Shown: in pieces, positions 13,504 through 25,303 of the stretch
Layout: each line of letters opens with the position of its first letter
Position numbering within the stretch: the first letter of the stretch is position 1
DNA from: Phyllosticta citribraziliensis
Taxonomy: Eukaryota
Length of the DNA: 64,000 nucleotides
Assembly (NCBI RefSeq): GCF_038025025.1
Contig: NW_027117339.1
Span: 2,046,001 to 2,110,000 of the forward strand
Direction: 5' to 3'
The notes under the pieces: generated by a model
Told to the model about the DNA's origin: nothing
The model's input: only the letters and a program-made list of their open reading frames with translations
Database searches by the model: none
Translations under genes and position numbers: made by a program

Positions 13504-14650
13504 ATGGTCAACATTAAGACTCTTGGAGCAGCAGCCCTGAGCTTGCTCGCCGCCACCGAAGTGGTTGCCCACCCTGGCCATGATATCAAGGCAGAGGCCA
13601 TGGAGCGCAGGGCTGCCTTGAGCTCCTTCGAACGTCGCTCTCTTTCCCACTGTCAGGACAAGCTGAAGGCCCGCGGAGTGCACGACAAGAACATTGCTCG
13701 TCGTCACAACATGGCCCAGCAGCTTAGAAAGCGCCACCTCGTGGAACGGGATCTCGCAACCTACGCCAACACTTCCCATGCCAGCAACTTGACTGGCATC
13801 ACCCCAGAAACGGATCCCAGTGTGCTTTTTGCCGGCAACAACTCTTGCATCCTCGGACCAGAGACCACGCAGGGACCGTACTACGTCTCCCAGGAGCTTT
13901 TCCGCTCCAACATCACCGAGGATCAGCTTGGTGTACCGCTTTACCTCGACGTCCAGGTCGTTGATACCGAGACTTGCGAGCCACTTGAGGGTGTTGCCAT
14001 GGACTTTTGGTAAGCTCCGATGATCTCTGTCGAAGAACAACTGTGCTGACATGACGTTCCCCAGGCACTGTAACGCCACGGGTGTTTACTCCGGTGTCAC
14101 TGCCTCAGGCAACGGCGAATCGACCGACGAGAGCAATCTGAACAAGACTTTCTTGAGAGGAATCCAGGCAAGCGACAAGGACGGTGTGATGCAGTTCATC
14201 TCAATTGTCCCTGGCCACTACACCAGCCGCGCAACCCACATCCATCTACTTGCGCACTCCGCTGGCAACTGGTCTCTGCTTGAGAACGGCACCATCTCTG
14301 GCGGAACTTCGACCTCGCACGTTGCTCAGATTTTCTTCGACCAAGACCTTCTCGAGACGGTGGAGTCGACCGCCCCTTACAACACCAACACTCAGGAGTG
14401 GACCCAGAACTCGGAAGACAGCATTGCCGAGCAGGAGGCCGCGGACGACATGGATCCCTTTGTCGAGTACGTCGTCCTGGACGAGAACGACATTACTGCC
14501 GGCGTCTTTTCCTGGATTACGATCGGTATGAACTCCTCGGCTACGTACAGCGTGTCTCCTGCGGCTGTGTACGCTCCCGGCGGTGGTTACATGACCAACT
14601 CGAACGGCGGAATGGGCGGCGGCAACAGCTCTGCTCCTCCCTCTTCTTGA
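13504..14650 (+). CDS. Secreted intradiol ring-cleavage dioxygenase-like protein; intron 14010-14064
   Basis: Signal peptide (..LAATEVVA/HPGHD), ETTQGPYY, DFWHCNATGVYSG, TFLRGIQ, and PGHYTSRATHIHL carrying the Tyr/Tyr/His-x-His iron ligands of the family. Confidence 0.88.
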
Positions 14651-15710
14651 ACAAGCTGATCCATCGGGATGGTCATGGTGGATTGTGTCGTTGTATTCCG
14701 AGGCGAGGTTTTCTTTGTCGCGTTTGATATCCTATCGCATGTCAGTCTGCAGTTGCTTTCATGCTCATAGATGGTGAAGAGAAATGGAACGTAGCTTTAA
14801 AGATTTTTGACCCTCGTAATGATCTGCGACTGCTTAACTTTATTCAATGGAGCTTAAAAGCTTGGGAGCACCAGCCGGTCGTCTTGAGTCTCCGTATACC
14901 CTCGGGCTTAGGTCATGGCGCTCGGTCTTTCGGACATACGAGGGAGGGGCTCTCCCCTCGACATCAACATCTGATGACTTGTTGTTGACCATGAGGATCT
15001 TACACATCCGCCGGCGTTGGAGCTGCCAATGAATGATGAACCTGAGATCGAAGTCCCGGATGGTTGGAAGCCAGAGTCTGTAGAATGAGGATTGCGTTGC
15101 AACAGCACATCTCGGAGGCATCCGGATGTTGGACTCAAAACACAGGAGGGAAAAAACTTTCAGGCACGACTGCCTATCCAGTGACTACAGAATCCAGCGG
15201 GCCATCACCACCTTTTGCTCGACGTAATCACTTATGCCGACAACTATTCAGCTGAGCGCCCGATCCATGCTTTTATTTTGGGAACTCTCAAATGGGTTGA
15301 AGCGAGGAGAGCAGAACGGAACATTTGACCTGGTTTCTTCGATGCTCCACCTCCGAAGCTGCAGTGGATCTTGTGCTTGGAAGCCATGAGTGGAATGAGA
15401 AGGCAGCGGATGAAGAGATGGCTGTTCTCGACAAAAAATGCCTTGGGGTCTCTACATGTATGGACCTTACCTAGATAAGCAATCGTGCACGGACCATTTT
15501 AATACACGTGACCGTGTTTATCTTCCGCGGAAGCTTTGCCGCTCTCGTCGCGTCGAGACGCGCTTTCCGACGCCGAAGGCAAAACAACAACCTCAAGCCT
15601 GCCCAAGCAATCCCTGCGACACTACCATCCAGCACCTCGACCGGAATCCTATCGACGAAGCATTGTGGGCAAGCCATGAAAACTTGTCAGCCTTGCGGAC
15701 GCCCGCTCAA

Positions 15711-18700
15711 ATGACCCGAGACAACCTCAGAACGCACATCTCTTGGTTGCTCAGCGCTAAGCCATTTATCCCGCCGGGAGGCCCACACGTTGCCGTCGCT
15801 GAAATAGACGAACCCTCAAGCTCGAACACCGTTGGCTCACAGGACGCAAACACCGCTCTCGAAACCTCGTCAAGGAATGCCGTGCGGCGCGACCTCGACG
15901 CGTTGCAACCTACGGCTCCCGACTCCAGATTCCACCCCCAAAATTCAATCAGCACGAACCATAGAGAACGGCTTGGGACTGAACAAGGTGCAGCAGCTGT
16001 GGCTGACATGGCAAGGCTGAGGGTGGCACCGGGCTCTGCGTCGAGACCACGCCTTCTGCAAGCCGACTCAGGCCGGCAGCAGCAAACTCAACACAACTTT
16101 GCAGAACAACTCAAGGATCGGCTTGCATCTTTGGAAAAGGCTGGACCTTTGACTCCAAGGTCCAACAACAAGAAGGCTCCTGTGAAATCAACCCCAAAGA
16201 CGAATTGTCGACAAGAAAGTGTGGCACAGACGCCGAGCTCAGCATGGGACGATGAAGGGCTTGACTCGATTGACCTGACTGAGCTCTCGGAAGGATGCTT
16301 GCTGCCACAGTCGGCTTTTGCGAGTGCGAGGAAAAGGCCCAGTCCCGGGTTTGAAGCCAATGTTCGAGAAGGGCCAACGCCTCGCCGGCCTCGCCTCGAC
16401 CAAAGTCCGCCAATCGCAGTGCCTGACGCTGGTGATTTTGTACCAGTTGAGGCATACGACGAACCGCCACCGCCATATTCTACCGTGGCACAACATAATC
16501 CTCCCGAGGACGCATCTCTGCTTCTCTCTGATGGGGTTGACGCGACCTTGCACGATGGCGTGTCTAGTCCGATCGAAGACCGCGAAACCCGTGTGGCCGA
16601 GAGCCCAGTCAAAAGCGTGCCAAAAAAGCGAAAGTCGTTAGATCCAATGGGTCCCGATTATGCAAATCCAATTGGACAGTCTGTAACGCTTCGGAAGCCT
16701 TCCCGGTCACCGCAAAAGGCTGAGCGTTCGGTCACTCGCAGCCCTACGAAACCATCCTCAAGCAAACGCAGAATTATCGCCGACTCGGACGAGGAGGATG
16801 AGGACCTAGGTGCACACTTCGATGTCAGCCGAGGAATGCGAATCAAGCGCGAGGGTACTCCGTCTGCCTGTCCTGGAAGTCCAATCGCCGCGTCACCATC
16901 TAAAAAGGCTACATCTTCACGGATCTTTGACAAGACTCAAGACTCCCGACGGCACGAGGATCTCGACTCCAAAGGAGATTCAAACACCCTGCAAGCGGCC
17001 GCCACAGGGCTGTTGCGTGAGAAAGAGAAACATGGGACGACGGTGAACTTTTCCATCCCATCCACGCCATCTTTTCAACAAAATACGCCTCAGTTCACGG
17101 ACGCGGAAGACGAAGCTGTTTTGCGCTTTTCAAGATGGTCTGACGAAGAAATTGAGAGCATGTGTAAAAGCCTGGACACCTACACTGTGGAATTGTCTCG
17201 AAACCAAGGCCTTCACTTGTGCGATCATGGTGTGCCGTCAGCAGCTATCAACGAGCAAATCCTCACGGCCAAACAGCAGTTGGCTGCCACCAGGCAACTT
17301 ATGACGATCAAGCCCGATTTCGCTCGTGCAGTGGAAGAAAGGGAAGAATTCACGTGTAAAGTCGTGGCTGCATATGGAGATGGAAGCATGGTGACGGATG
17401 GCCACGAATTGGCGGAGCAAGTCAAACCTTTCTCTATTCGTCTGAGGGAAGTCAAGACGAAGGTTGTGCAGCTTTTACGAAAAGCCGGTCTCGTGGAGGG
17501 TTCCAGCATTGCTGCTCTGCGAGGAGCGCCGCCAAACCTCAGAGACGTTGTTGTCGAATCTACCCAGGCCACTCCAGCTGCTAGATCTGTGGCCAATTGC
17601 GGCTTTTCCGCAACAAGCTTACCCACGCATACTCAACTCGTACAGCAAACTCAGATTCCCGAGAAACCAAAGTCTGCGCGAAAGCTACCAATCCAAGCCA
17701 AAGCGGAGAGTGATTATGAAGTAGAGGCAACGCCTGACACTTTCGAAGACACTTTCGACGAGACATGGGAGGACGACATGGCCGCATTTGATGAAGAAAA
17801 CGACAAGGATACCTGCGTCGATCAAGGTCAATCAAATAGGCCAATCCCACCAAAGCGAAATGTCACCTTTGCAGATCCAGAAGACTCTAATGTCTACTAC
17901 GTCGATCAAGAGCCGCGGATACAGTCGACCTACGCGAAGCCAGCGAATGCTACGGTTCCATTCGATGAAGATGATTTTGAAGATGACGGCGACCTTTTTT
18001 GCAACAACATGGGAACTCCACCATCGCAAATGTTCGACGAGGATTCTTTTGAAGTCGATTCGCTTGACGACCAGGATTATATGGATCTCGCAGAATCCGC
18101 CGACAGCACTCGACGTGGCGGAATTGAGAGAGATCGAGGTTCGCGCGAGATTCTCCAGGAAACATCGGGAAACCAAGTAAGCCCCCGAAAGCTAGCCACA
18201 AAGTCATCAAAGTCAGTGACATCCCATGAGCCCCAATATCCGTGGACGAACGATGTCAAGGCGGTACTCAAAGGTCGGTTTCATCTTCGTGGATTTCGCC
18301 CTCATCAGCTCGAGGCAATCAATGCAACTCTTTCTGGCAAGGATTGTTTCGTGCTCATGCCGACTGGAGGCGGCAAATCACTTTGCTACCAACTACCCTC
18401 GGTGATTACTAGTGGTAGCACTCGAGGCGTCACAGTTGTGGTGTCGCCGCTTTTGAGCTTGATGCAAGATCAGGTCCACCACCTGAAGCAAATCGGCATC
18501 CAAGCCTTCTTCATAAACGGGGAAATGAAACAAGACACACGGAGAGATCTCCTTACTGCCTTGCGTGGACCCCAGGTCGAAAGATTTGTCCAAATTTTGT
18601 ACATCACCCCGGAGATGCTGAGCAAAAGTCAAGCCACAGTTAGTGCTCTCAGAGATCTCCATCAACGGAAGCGTCTAGCGAGGATTGTCATTGATGAAGC

Positions 18701-20930
18701 CCATTGCGTCAGCCAATGGGGTCATGATTTCAGACCGGACTACAAAGCCTTGGGAGAGGTACGGCGGCAGTTCGAACATGTGCCTGTTATGGCCTTGACT
18801 GCCACGGCCACAGACAATGTCCGAGTTGATACCATCCACAACTTGGGAATACAAGGATGCAAGGTCTTCGCTCAAAGTTTCAACAGGCCCAACCTCTACT
18901 ACGAAGTCCGACCTAAGAAAAAGGGCTCTGAACTTCTCGACGACATGGCCGACCTTATCAGGAACAAATATCGAAATCAATCCGGTATCATTTACTGCAT
19001 GTCGAGGAAAAACTGCGAGAAAGTCGCAGAGCAGTTGCAAAAGGAACACGGAATCTCGGCTCGACATTACCACGCCGGGCTGGAGCCGGGGGAGAAAGCA
19101 GAGACGCAGAAGAAGTGGCAAGAAAATGAGTACAAGGTCATCGTGGCTACCATCGCCTTTGGTATGGGTATCGACAAACCCGACGTACGATTTGTCATAC
19201 ACCACAGCGTCCCAAAGAGCTTGGAAGGCTATTATCAGGAAACAGGCCGTGCCGGGCGCGACGGCAAACGATCTGGATGCTACCTTTACTACGGCTACCA
19301 TGATACCTCCGCCATCAAATCCATGATTACCAAAGGAGAAGGCGATGGTCAGCAAAAGGAGAGACAGTTTGCAATGCTGCGCAACGTCGTCCAATTTTGC
19401 GAAAACAAGGCCGACTGTCGAAGAGTTCAGGTATTGGCCTATTTTGGCGAAGCTTTCGACACGGCAAGTTGCGGAGGGCAGTGCGATACTTGCAACGCCA
19501 ACGTCAAGTTCGAGACTCGTGATTTTACAGCACTGGCTGCAGATGCCGTAAGACTCGTGCAGAGAATCGGAAGTCAAAAAGTGACGTTGTTGTATTGCGT
19601 GGATGTGTTCCGTGGCGCAAAGACAAAGAAAATCAAGGATTTGGGACACGACACTTTGCAAGAAGCAGGGTCAGGAAGTGATCTAGAACGTGGGGATGTT
19701 GAGCGCATATTTCAAAGGTTGGTTGGCGAAGATGCTCTAGAGGAGGACCACACCACAAACCGAGCCGGTTTCACCTCAACTTATATCAAGGTACGCAGGC
19801 AAACATTTTCCACGACTTACAATTTGAACGGGCTTGCTAATACAGGGCAGTTGGGCGCCAGAGCGCGCACTTACATGGCAGGGCGATGTCGCCTTGAAAT
19901 GCACGTCCGAGCCTCATCCAAGACTGCGAAGGCATTGACAAAGGCGACATCAACGAAGAGGAAAAAGCCGAGTCGAGAAGTGAAACCCCTGTCTACGAAT
20001 GTCTCGTCGCCTTTACAACCCAACCCAAGGCGCAAAGCTCGAGCTCGGGTTACATTCGATGATGACGAGGAGAAGGAGGAAGACGCTTTCGAGCCCGTGC
20101 CAGAGTCGAGGCGGAAGCGGAGAGGTGTGGTTTCATCCGACTCGTCGCGGAAGCAGCTTGGCGAACCAATCACAACAGACGAAAAGATGGCTCAGCTCAG
20201 CGCCGTACATCAAGATCTCGTACACATGTTTGTGGATGATGCCAGGGCTGTTTGTGATGACATTGTCTCCAAACGCGGCATTAGGCAGAGACCCTTCACA
20301 GATACGGTTCTTCGCGAGATGGCCATCGAATTCCCGAGGTCTTTGGATGAAATGGGCGAGATAGACGGCGCTCTCCCAGAAATGGTTCGACTTTACGGCG
20401 GCAAGATGCTTGAACTCGTGGAGAAGTGCAGAGCTTTTTACGAAGACGCAATGGCGAAGCAGGCAGACAGTGAGCGGGTGCCGAAAGACCCTAACCACGA
20501 GGTGGTCGTGATCAGCGACGATGAAGGGGAGCGCGAGGTTGAAGAGGAGGAGGAGGAGGAGGAGGAGGACTTTGACCTTGATGACGACGCAGGGCCCGCG
20601 CCAGAAATGCGCAGCTCATATTTCCAGGAGGATCCGGAGGTGGCTGCATTCAACGCGCGGTTGGAGCAATCCCAGAACACCTCGAGAGCAGCAGGTGCGG
20701 GCAATGGCGACTCGAATCGAGTGCACAAGGGTAGTGACTCCAGCAAAAGCGGCAATGCGCGCAAACCCTGGCGGCGCAATTCAGGGGGCTCCAGCAAATC
20801 GCGAAGCTACGGGACGGCGAACAAGAAGTCGACTGGCAAACGAGACTATGGTGGAGGGCCATCCAAGACCAGCAAAAGGGGAGGCGTCGGCCGCGGCGGC
20901 GGCGGTGGCATCGGTATGATGCCGATTTGA
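15711..20930 (+). CDS. SGS1: RecQ family DNA helicase (Sgs1/BLM/MusN orthologue); intron 19791-19850
   Basis: N-terminal MTRDNLRTHISWLL, helicase motifs MPTGGGKSLCYQLP, DEAHCVSQWGHDFRPDY, ATIAFGMGIDKPDVRF, YYQETGRAGRDG, RQC Zn site (CRR..C..CDTC), HRDC-like region and acidic/Gly-rich tail. Confidence 0.95.
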   Translation: MTRDNLRTHISWLLSAKPFIPPGGPHVAVAEIDEPSSSNTVGSQDANTALETSSRNAVRRDLDALQPTAPDSRFHPQNSISTNHRERLGTEQGAAAVADMARLRVAPGSASRPRLLQADSGRQQQTQHNFAEQLKDRLASLEKAGPLTPRSNNKKAPVKSTPKTNCRQESVAQTPSSAWDDEGLDSIDLTELSEGCLLPQSAFASARKRPSPGFEANVREGPTPRRPRLDQSPPIAVPDAGDFVPVEAYDEPPPPYSTVAQHNPPEDASLLLSDGVDATLHDGVSSPIEDRETRVAESPVKSVPKKRKSLDPMGPDYANPIGQSVTLRKPSRSPQKAERSVTRSPTKPSSSKRRIIADSDEEDEDLGAHFDVSRGMRIKREGTPSACPGSPIAASPSKKATSSRIFDKTQDSRRHEDLDSKGDSNTLQAAATGLLREKEKHGTTVNFSIPSTPSFQQNTPQFTDAEDEAVLRFSRWSDEEIESMCKSLDTYTVELSRNQGLHLCDHGVPSAAINEQILTAKQQLAATRQLMTIKPDFARAVEEREEFTCKVVAAYGDGSMVTDGHELAEQVKPFSIRLREVKTKVVQLLRKAGLVEGSSIAALRGAPPNLRDVVVESTQATPAARSVANCGFSATSLPTHTQLVQQTQIPEKPKSARKLPIQAKAESDYEVEATPDTFEDTFDETWEDDMAAFDEENDKDTCVDQGQSNRPIPPKRNVTFADPEDSNVYYVDQEPRIQSTYAKPANATVPFDEDDFEDDGDLFCNNMGTPPSQMFDEDSFEVDSLDDQDYMDLAESADSTRRGGIERDRGSREILQETSGNQVSPRKLATKSSKSVTSHEPQYPWTNDVKAVLKGRFHLRGFRPHQLEAINATLSGKDCFVLMPTGGGKSLCYQLPSVITSGSTRGVTVVVSPLLSLMQDQVHHLKQIGIQAFFINGEMKQDTRRDLLTALRGPQVERFVQILYITPEMLSKSQATVSALRDLHQRKRLARIVIDEAHCVSQWGHDFRPDYKALGEVRRQFEHVPVMALTATATDNVRVDTIHNLGIQGCKVFAQSFNRPNLYYEVRPKKKGSELLDDMADLIRNKYRNQSGIIYCMSRKNCEKVAEQLQKEHGISARHYHAGLEPGEKAETQKKWQENEYKVIVATIAFGMGIDKPDVRFVIHHSVPKSLEGYYQETGRAGRDGKRSGCYLYYGYHDTSAIKSMITKGEGDGQQKERQFAMLRNVVQFCENKADCRRVQVLAYFGEAFDTASCGGQCDTCNANVKFETRDFTALAADAVRLVQRIGSQKVTLLYCVDVFRGAKTKKIKDLGHDTLQEAGSGSDLERGDVERIFQRLVGEDALEEDHTTNRAGFTSTYIKVRRQTFSTTYNLNGLANTGQLGARARTYMAGRCRLEMHVRASSKTAKALTKATSTKRKKPSREVKPLSTNVSSPLQPNPRRKARARVTFDDDEEKEEDAFEPVPESRRKRRGVVSSDSSRKQLGEPITTDEKMAQLSAVHQDLVHMFVDDARAVCDDIVSKRGIRQRPFTDTVLREMAIEFPRSLDEMGEIDGALPEMVRLYGGKMLELVEKCRAFYEDAMAKQADSERVPKDPNHEVVVISDDEGEREVEEEEEEEEEDFDLDDDAGPAPEMRSSYFQEDPEVAAFNARLEQSQNTSRAAGAGNGDSNRVHKGSDSSKSGNARKPWRRNSGGSSKSRSYGTANKKSTGKRDYGGGPSKTSKRGGVGRGGGGGIGMMPI

Positions 20931-21726
20931 ATAGCACAGGCAGCTTTTGCTGAGTCGGCGGCGGCGTTTTTGGGACAGGGTGGTGTTGAGCGAGGCGAGG
21001 GACACGTGGTGTTACAGGGGCGGATTTTCTTGATTTTGTTGACGTATTTATCCCTCTTCACGTTGGTGAGGGGAGACGCACGGCGGCTTGCCAAATGGGG
21101 ACAAGGACAAGTTTGTTTGGGAACAGGACAAGGAGTGGCCTGGTGCAGCTTCCATGGCATGCAACCGTGTTTTTAAGCATATCCAATCAACCAATGTCGA
21201 TTGCACAAGAGTGCCAGCGTCGATGCGCCGAGCAATGAATCAATTGAAGCTGGTCGCGTGCCAAATTATGGGCCATGGCGTAACGGATTGTCGGGACTCG
21301 AGACCGACGACGACGACGACATCCTCGGTTGAGGAGGGAGAGGGTCGGAATCTGGTCGGAGGCGACTGGGAGCTGGGCTGGAGGTTTGGAGAAAGTTCTG
21401 GGGCGTCGTCGGAGTGGGCCTCGAGAGCGACACAGCAATGGCCGACGGGCCGCGATAGGGATTCCGCCGGGCAAACGAGCCAGGCCATTAGGCGAGGAAA
21501 GCTGTATCCGCCAGGCCATAGTGGTTGAGGTGGTGGTGGTTGAAGATGCGTCTCCCCGGGAAGCCAATAATCAAAGTGCCGTTCCCGAAGCTTCTGCACG
21601 GCCCAGGCGGTGTTCAATAATTTGACGGGCAGACGTGCGCATGTCCATCTGTCGTCGACTCTCCCGCCGCGGCGTTACGTTCCCAGTCCGGTCAGGCCGT
21701 CCTCGCTGTGCTGTGATATAAGAACA

Positions 21727-24016
21727 ATGTCCGTCCCAACAAACGCCGCCAGCGACGCAGAGGCAGACTCGATAGACGCTTCGACCGCCGACGACACCAC
21801 CGCCACAACCGTCATGGACAAGGTCCCCGACCACGACGCTGCCCAGGTCAAGTCGATCGACCAGCAGCCGCACAAAGAGGTCGCTCCAACTCGCTCCGAC
21901 CGCCCAGTCTACGAGACTCGAGAGCCCTATGGCCCGCCAGGTCCGTCTAACCACTCTCTCGTCCTCGTCCACGTCGCTGACTCTCTCTTTGCGTGTGGTA
22001 TCCAGGCTTCCGAGGTCTCCTCACCTCCCACTATGTCTTGCTGTGTGCATCCTTCTCGGCCATGGGCGGCCTGCTTTTCGGCTACGAGTGAGTCTCCACT
22101 GGCCATGATGATGAGCGTCGACCGAAGCTTGTACTGACTCGTGGCGCCGTGTAGCCAGGGCGTCGTGTCCGTCATTCTCGTCATGCCCCAGTTTCTCGAA
22201 TGGTTCCCCCAGGTCTCGGACAGCGCTCCGGGAGGTGGCTTCTACAAGGGACTGCTGACGGCCATGATTGAGTTGGGCGCACTGCTGGGTAAGCCTTTTT
22301 CCATCAAATTCCCCGCTCCCCGTGGGGAAATAGACGTCGTGGAGCGCTAACCCGCATTTCTGGGACAGGGGCCTTCAATCAAGGGTGGATCGCGGATAAG
22401 ATATCCCGAAAGTACTCGATCGTAGTTGCCGTCATCATCTTTACCATTGGCTCAGCCCTGCAAACTGCCGCACAGGATTACGCCATGCTTGTCGTCGCCC
22501 GCCTCATTGGCGGGATCGGCATTGGCATGTAAGAATCCAGCCTCCCGTCGCGGCGAAGCTTGTTCTCATGACTGACGTCTGTAGGCTTTCCATGGTCGCC
22601 CCCTTGTTCATCTCGGAAATCTCGCCGCCAGAGATTCGAGGCACCCTGCTCGTCCTCGAGGAATTCAGCATCGTCTTCGGCATCGTCGTCGCCTACTGGA
22701 TCACCTACGGCACCCGCTTCATCGCCGGCGTCTGGTCATGGCGCCTGCCCTTCCTCCTCCAGATCCTGCCCGGACTCATCCTGGGCGTTGGCATTTTGTT
22801 CATGCCCTTCTCGCCTCGCTGGCTCGCGTCCAAGGGCCGTGACCAGGAGGCATTGAAGAACCTGGCCAGACTCCGTCAATTGCCCACTTCGGATTCGAGA
22901 GTCATCCTGGAATGGTATGACATTCGTACCGAAGTTGCCTTCCATGCAGAAATCGCCTCGGAGAGGCACCCCAAGCTCTATGGGAGCCGTAACAAGATGG
23001 ACCGTATCAAGCTTGAGTTTGTTGCCTGGGTCGACTGCTTCCGGAGAGGATGCTGGAGGCGCACTCATGTCGGAATGGGTCTCATGTTTTTCCAGCAGTT
23101 TGTCGGTAAGTCTTCCACGAGCAATATTTTCGGAACTCTTGCTGTGGGTCTCGAGAGAAATTGTACCTGCACCCTGGGAGCATTCGATCCTGGGGTAGCT
23201 CTTAAGGGTTTCTTTCAACGCCCTCTGTGCCCCTGTTCTTCAACCCCCCAATCAACCCACTACCTGTGCTTCGTGTGACAGAGACTGACGACACTAGGTA
23301 TCAACGCATTGATTTACTACGCTCCTACGCTCTTCGAGACAATGGGTCAGTCGTACGACATGCAGCTGGTTCTTGCTGGCGTCTTAAACGTGGCTCAATT
23401 GGTTGGCGTTTCGAGCTCTGTCTGGTCCATGGATCGCTTCGGACGTCGTCCTCTGCTCCTGTGGGGAGCGGTTGTCATGTGTGCTTCCCATATAATCATT
23501 GCAATACTGGTTGGTCTCTTTGACGACAACTGGCCTGCCCACAAGGCCCAGGGCTGGGCAAGCGTAGCCTTCCTCTTTCTCTACATGCTCGGTAAGCCCT
23601 TGGTCCTATGTTTTGGAAGCTTCTTTGACTAATTCGTCCCAGCATTTGGTGCGTCTTGGGGTCCAGTGCCCTGGGCGATGCCGGCCGAGATTTTTCCCTC
23701 ATCGTTGCGCGCAAAGGGAGTGGCCCTGTCCACTTGCTCCAACTGGCTCAACAACTTTATCATTGGTCTCATCACTCCCCCATTGGTTCAAAACACGGGC
23801 TTCGGAGCGTACACGTTCTTTGCCATCTTCTGTCTTTTGGCCCTCGTATGGACCTTCTTCTTCGTCCCAGAGACCAACGGCAGGTCCCTCGAACAGATGG
23901 ACCAAGTGTTCAAAGACCTCAGCAGCGAGGAAGAAGATGCTAAGAGGGCACGCATAGAGGCTGCCATGATGGGCAGCATGCAAACTGCTTCGGATCAGGA
24001 ATCCGTCGCTGTGTAA
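21727..24016 (+). CDS. MFS sugar porter family transporter (multi-exon)
   Basis: GGLLFGY|DQG, DKISRK, PLFISEISPPEIRG, PFSPRWL, FFQQFVG|INALIYY, DRFGRR, WGPVPW and PETNGRSLEQMD reconstructed across GT-AG introns. Confidence 0.92.
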
Positions 24017-24408
24017 ACGAACGAGGCATCAACATAGAATGAGCCGGCGCATTGAGCATTGAGAAACGGAGTTTGGAGCACGACTACTTTTAATCATCAT
24101 GGGACACGATACGACTCACGCCAAGCAAACTACAAGACGGACGATTACGGACTGGTTATACGGTTGATTCCCCATAAAGCACTATCATCTTGGCCCGCTA
24201 TGTTGTATATTGGAGTAAATAGAAAGACTGGTAGATATTCTGAAAAACATTTGAAACAACGTCTGGAAATACGAACAATCCCTGTGTTGAGGTCTTCAAG
24301 AGCTTGAAGCTGCCCTCCACTGCACACATGGAACTTGACTAGGTTCACCTTCATAGAAATATGGAGCCTCCTCAGGATGATCGCAGTCGAATGTGTGCCT
24401 ACCACGAA

Positions 24409-24453
24409 TGAATACCGCTTAGCCGGATACCCTGAATACCGCTCAGCCTGATA
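24409..24453. repeat. Imperfect tandem duplication, 24-bp period
   Basis: TGAATACCGCTTAGCCGGATACCC followed by TGAATACCGCTCAGCCTGATA. Confidence 0.7.
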
Positions 24454-24603
24454 GAAGGTCTTGATTCATTGCTCGGCTTCCAAATTGCGAGCAGCTAGGG
24501 ACGTGAAATCGATCTTTTGGAGAAAAGTCAATATAGTATCTCTATCCACTCTCCCGTTTCCCACAAACTTTGAGGTTAAGCAGACACCAACCAGCCCATG
24601 ATG

Positions 24604-24936
24604 CTACATTACCCCACACCCAACCCCGCCGCCTCGTCGAACATCGAATCCCGGATCGTCCCATCCAGGACCGCAGCCAATCCTGAAGCCGTCGCGTGTG
24701 CTACGCACGATTCGCACGCGATTCCGGTCATACTGGCCGCCCAAGTCGCACATCGGGCACGAGTGCGGCGGGGCGATTTCGTGCATGGGGTGCGGTGGGA
24801 GCTGGCTTACGTACACGACGGCCCGGTTCTCATAGACGGAGCAGTTGGAGAGATTGAATCCTGGGGCACATGGGAGGACGAGCGATAGCCAATGGTGGCT
24901 GCAGGTCGTGGAGCGGAAGTATAAAGTTTGGCACAT
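24604..24936 (-). CDS. Small (110 aa) Cys/His-rich protein ending in a CaaX prenylation motif
   Basis: Real ATG; MC-x9-C-x-HHW...C-x8-C...CxxC pattern; C-terminal GGGVGCGVM*; lies in an otherwise gene-free gap. Confidence 0.6.
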   Translation of the reverse strand: MCQTLYFRSTTCSHHWLSLVLPCAPGFNLSNCSVYENRAVVYVSQLPPHPMHEIAPPHSCPMCDLGGQYDRNRVRIVRSTRDGFRIGCGPGWDDPGFDVRRGGGVGCGVM

Positions 24937-25303
24937 GCTGAGGATGGTAGCTTTGTCGCCGTTGTGGCTGATTGTGGCTGATTGCTTTGGACTTCGCTCT
25001 GGGGGAAGAAATTCTTGGTATGCTTTGCAAGTTTCGCAGTGTCTTGCTAGGCGTAGTGTTTTTGTCGTGCTCAGCTTTCTGCGCGCTGGTCCTCTTCAAG
25101 TAGTGAGTTGCAAGCTCACGAAGCCACCTCCTGTTTGTAGTATGAGAAGTTGACCAAAATGTGTTGAACAAGGGCGTTTTGAAGCGCCAACGCCTTTCGC
25201 AAGCGGACTCAGCACGGGGTCGTGACAGCAGTGGCGTGGATGAGCACCTCATGTGCCCTGGATGTCCTGTTTGACTTGAACACTTGGGCCATTGATTGCT
25301 ACC

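Noticed and set aside
15438..15710. N-terminal extension of the 1830-aa SGS1 ORF
   Set aside because: The family-typical N-terminus starts at MTRDNL (15711); the upstream codons look like promoter/UTR.
18675..19661. 328-aa antisense ORF inside SGS1 (and similar antisense ORFs in other genes)
   Set aside because: Shadow ORFs produced by codon bias of the sense gene; no recognisable motifs.
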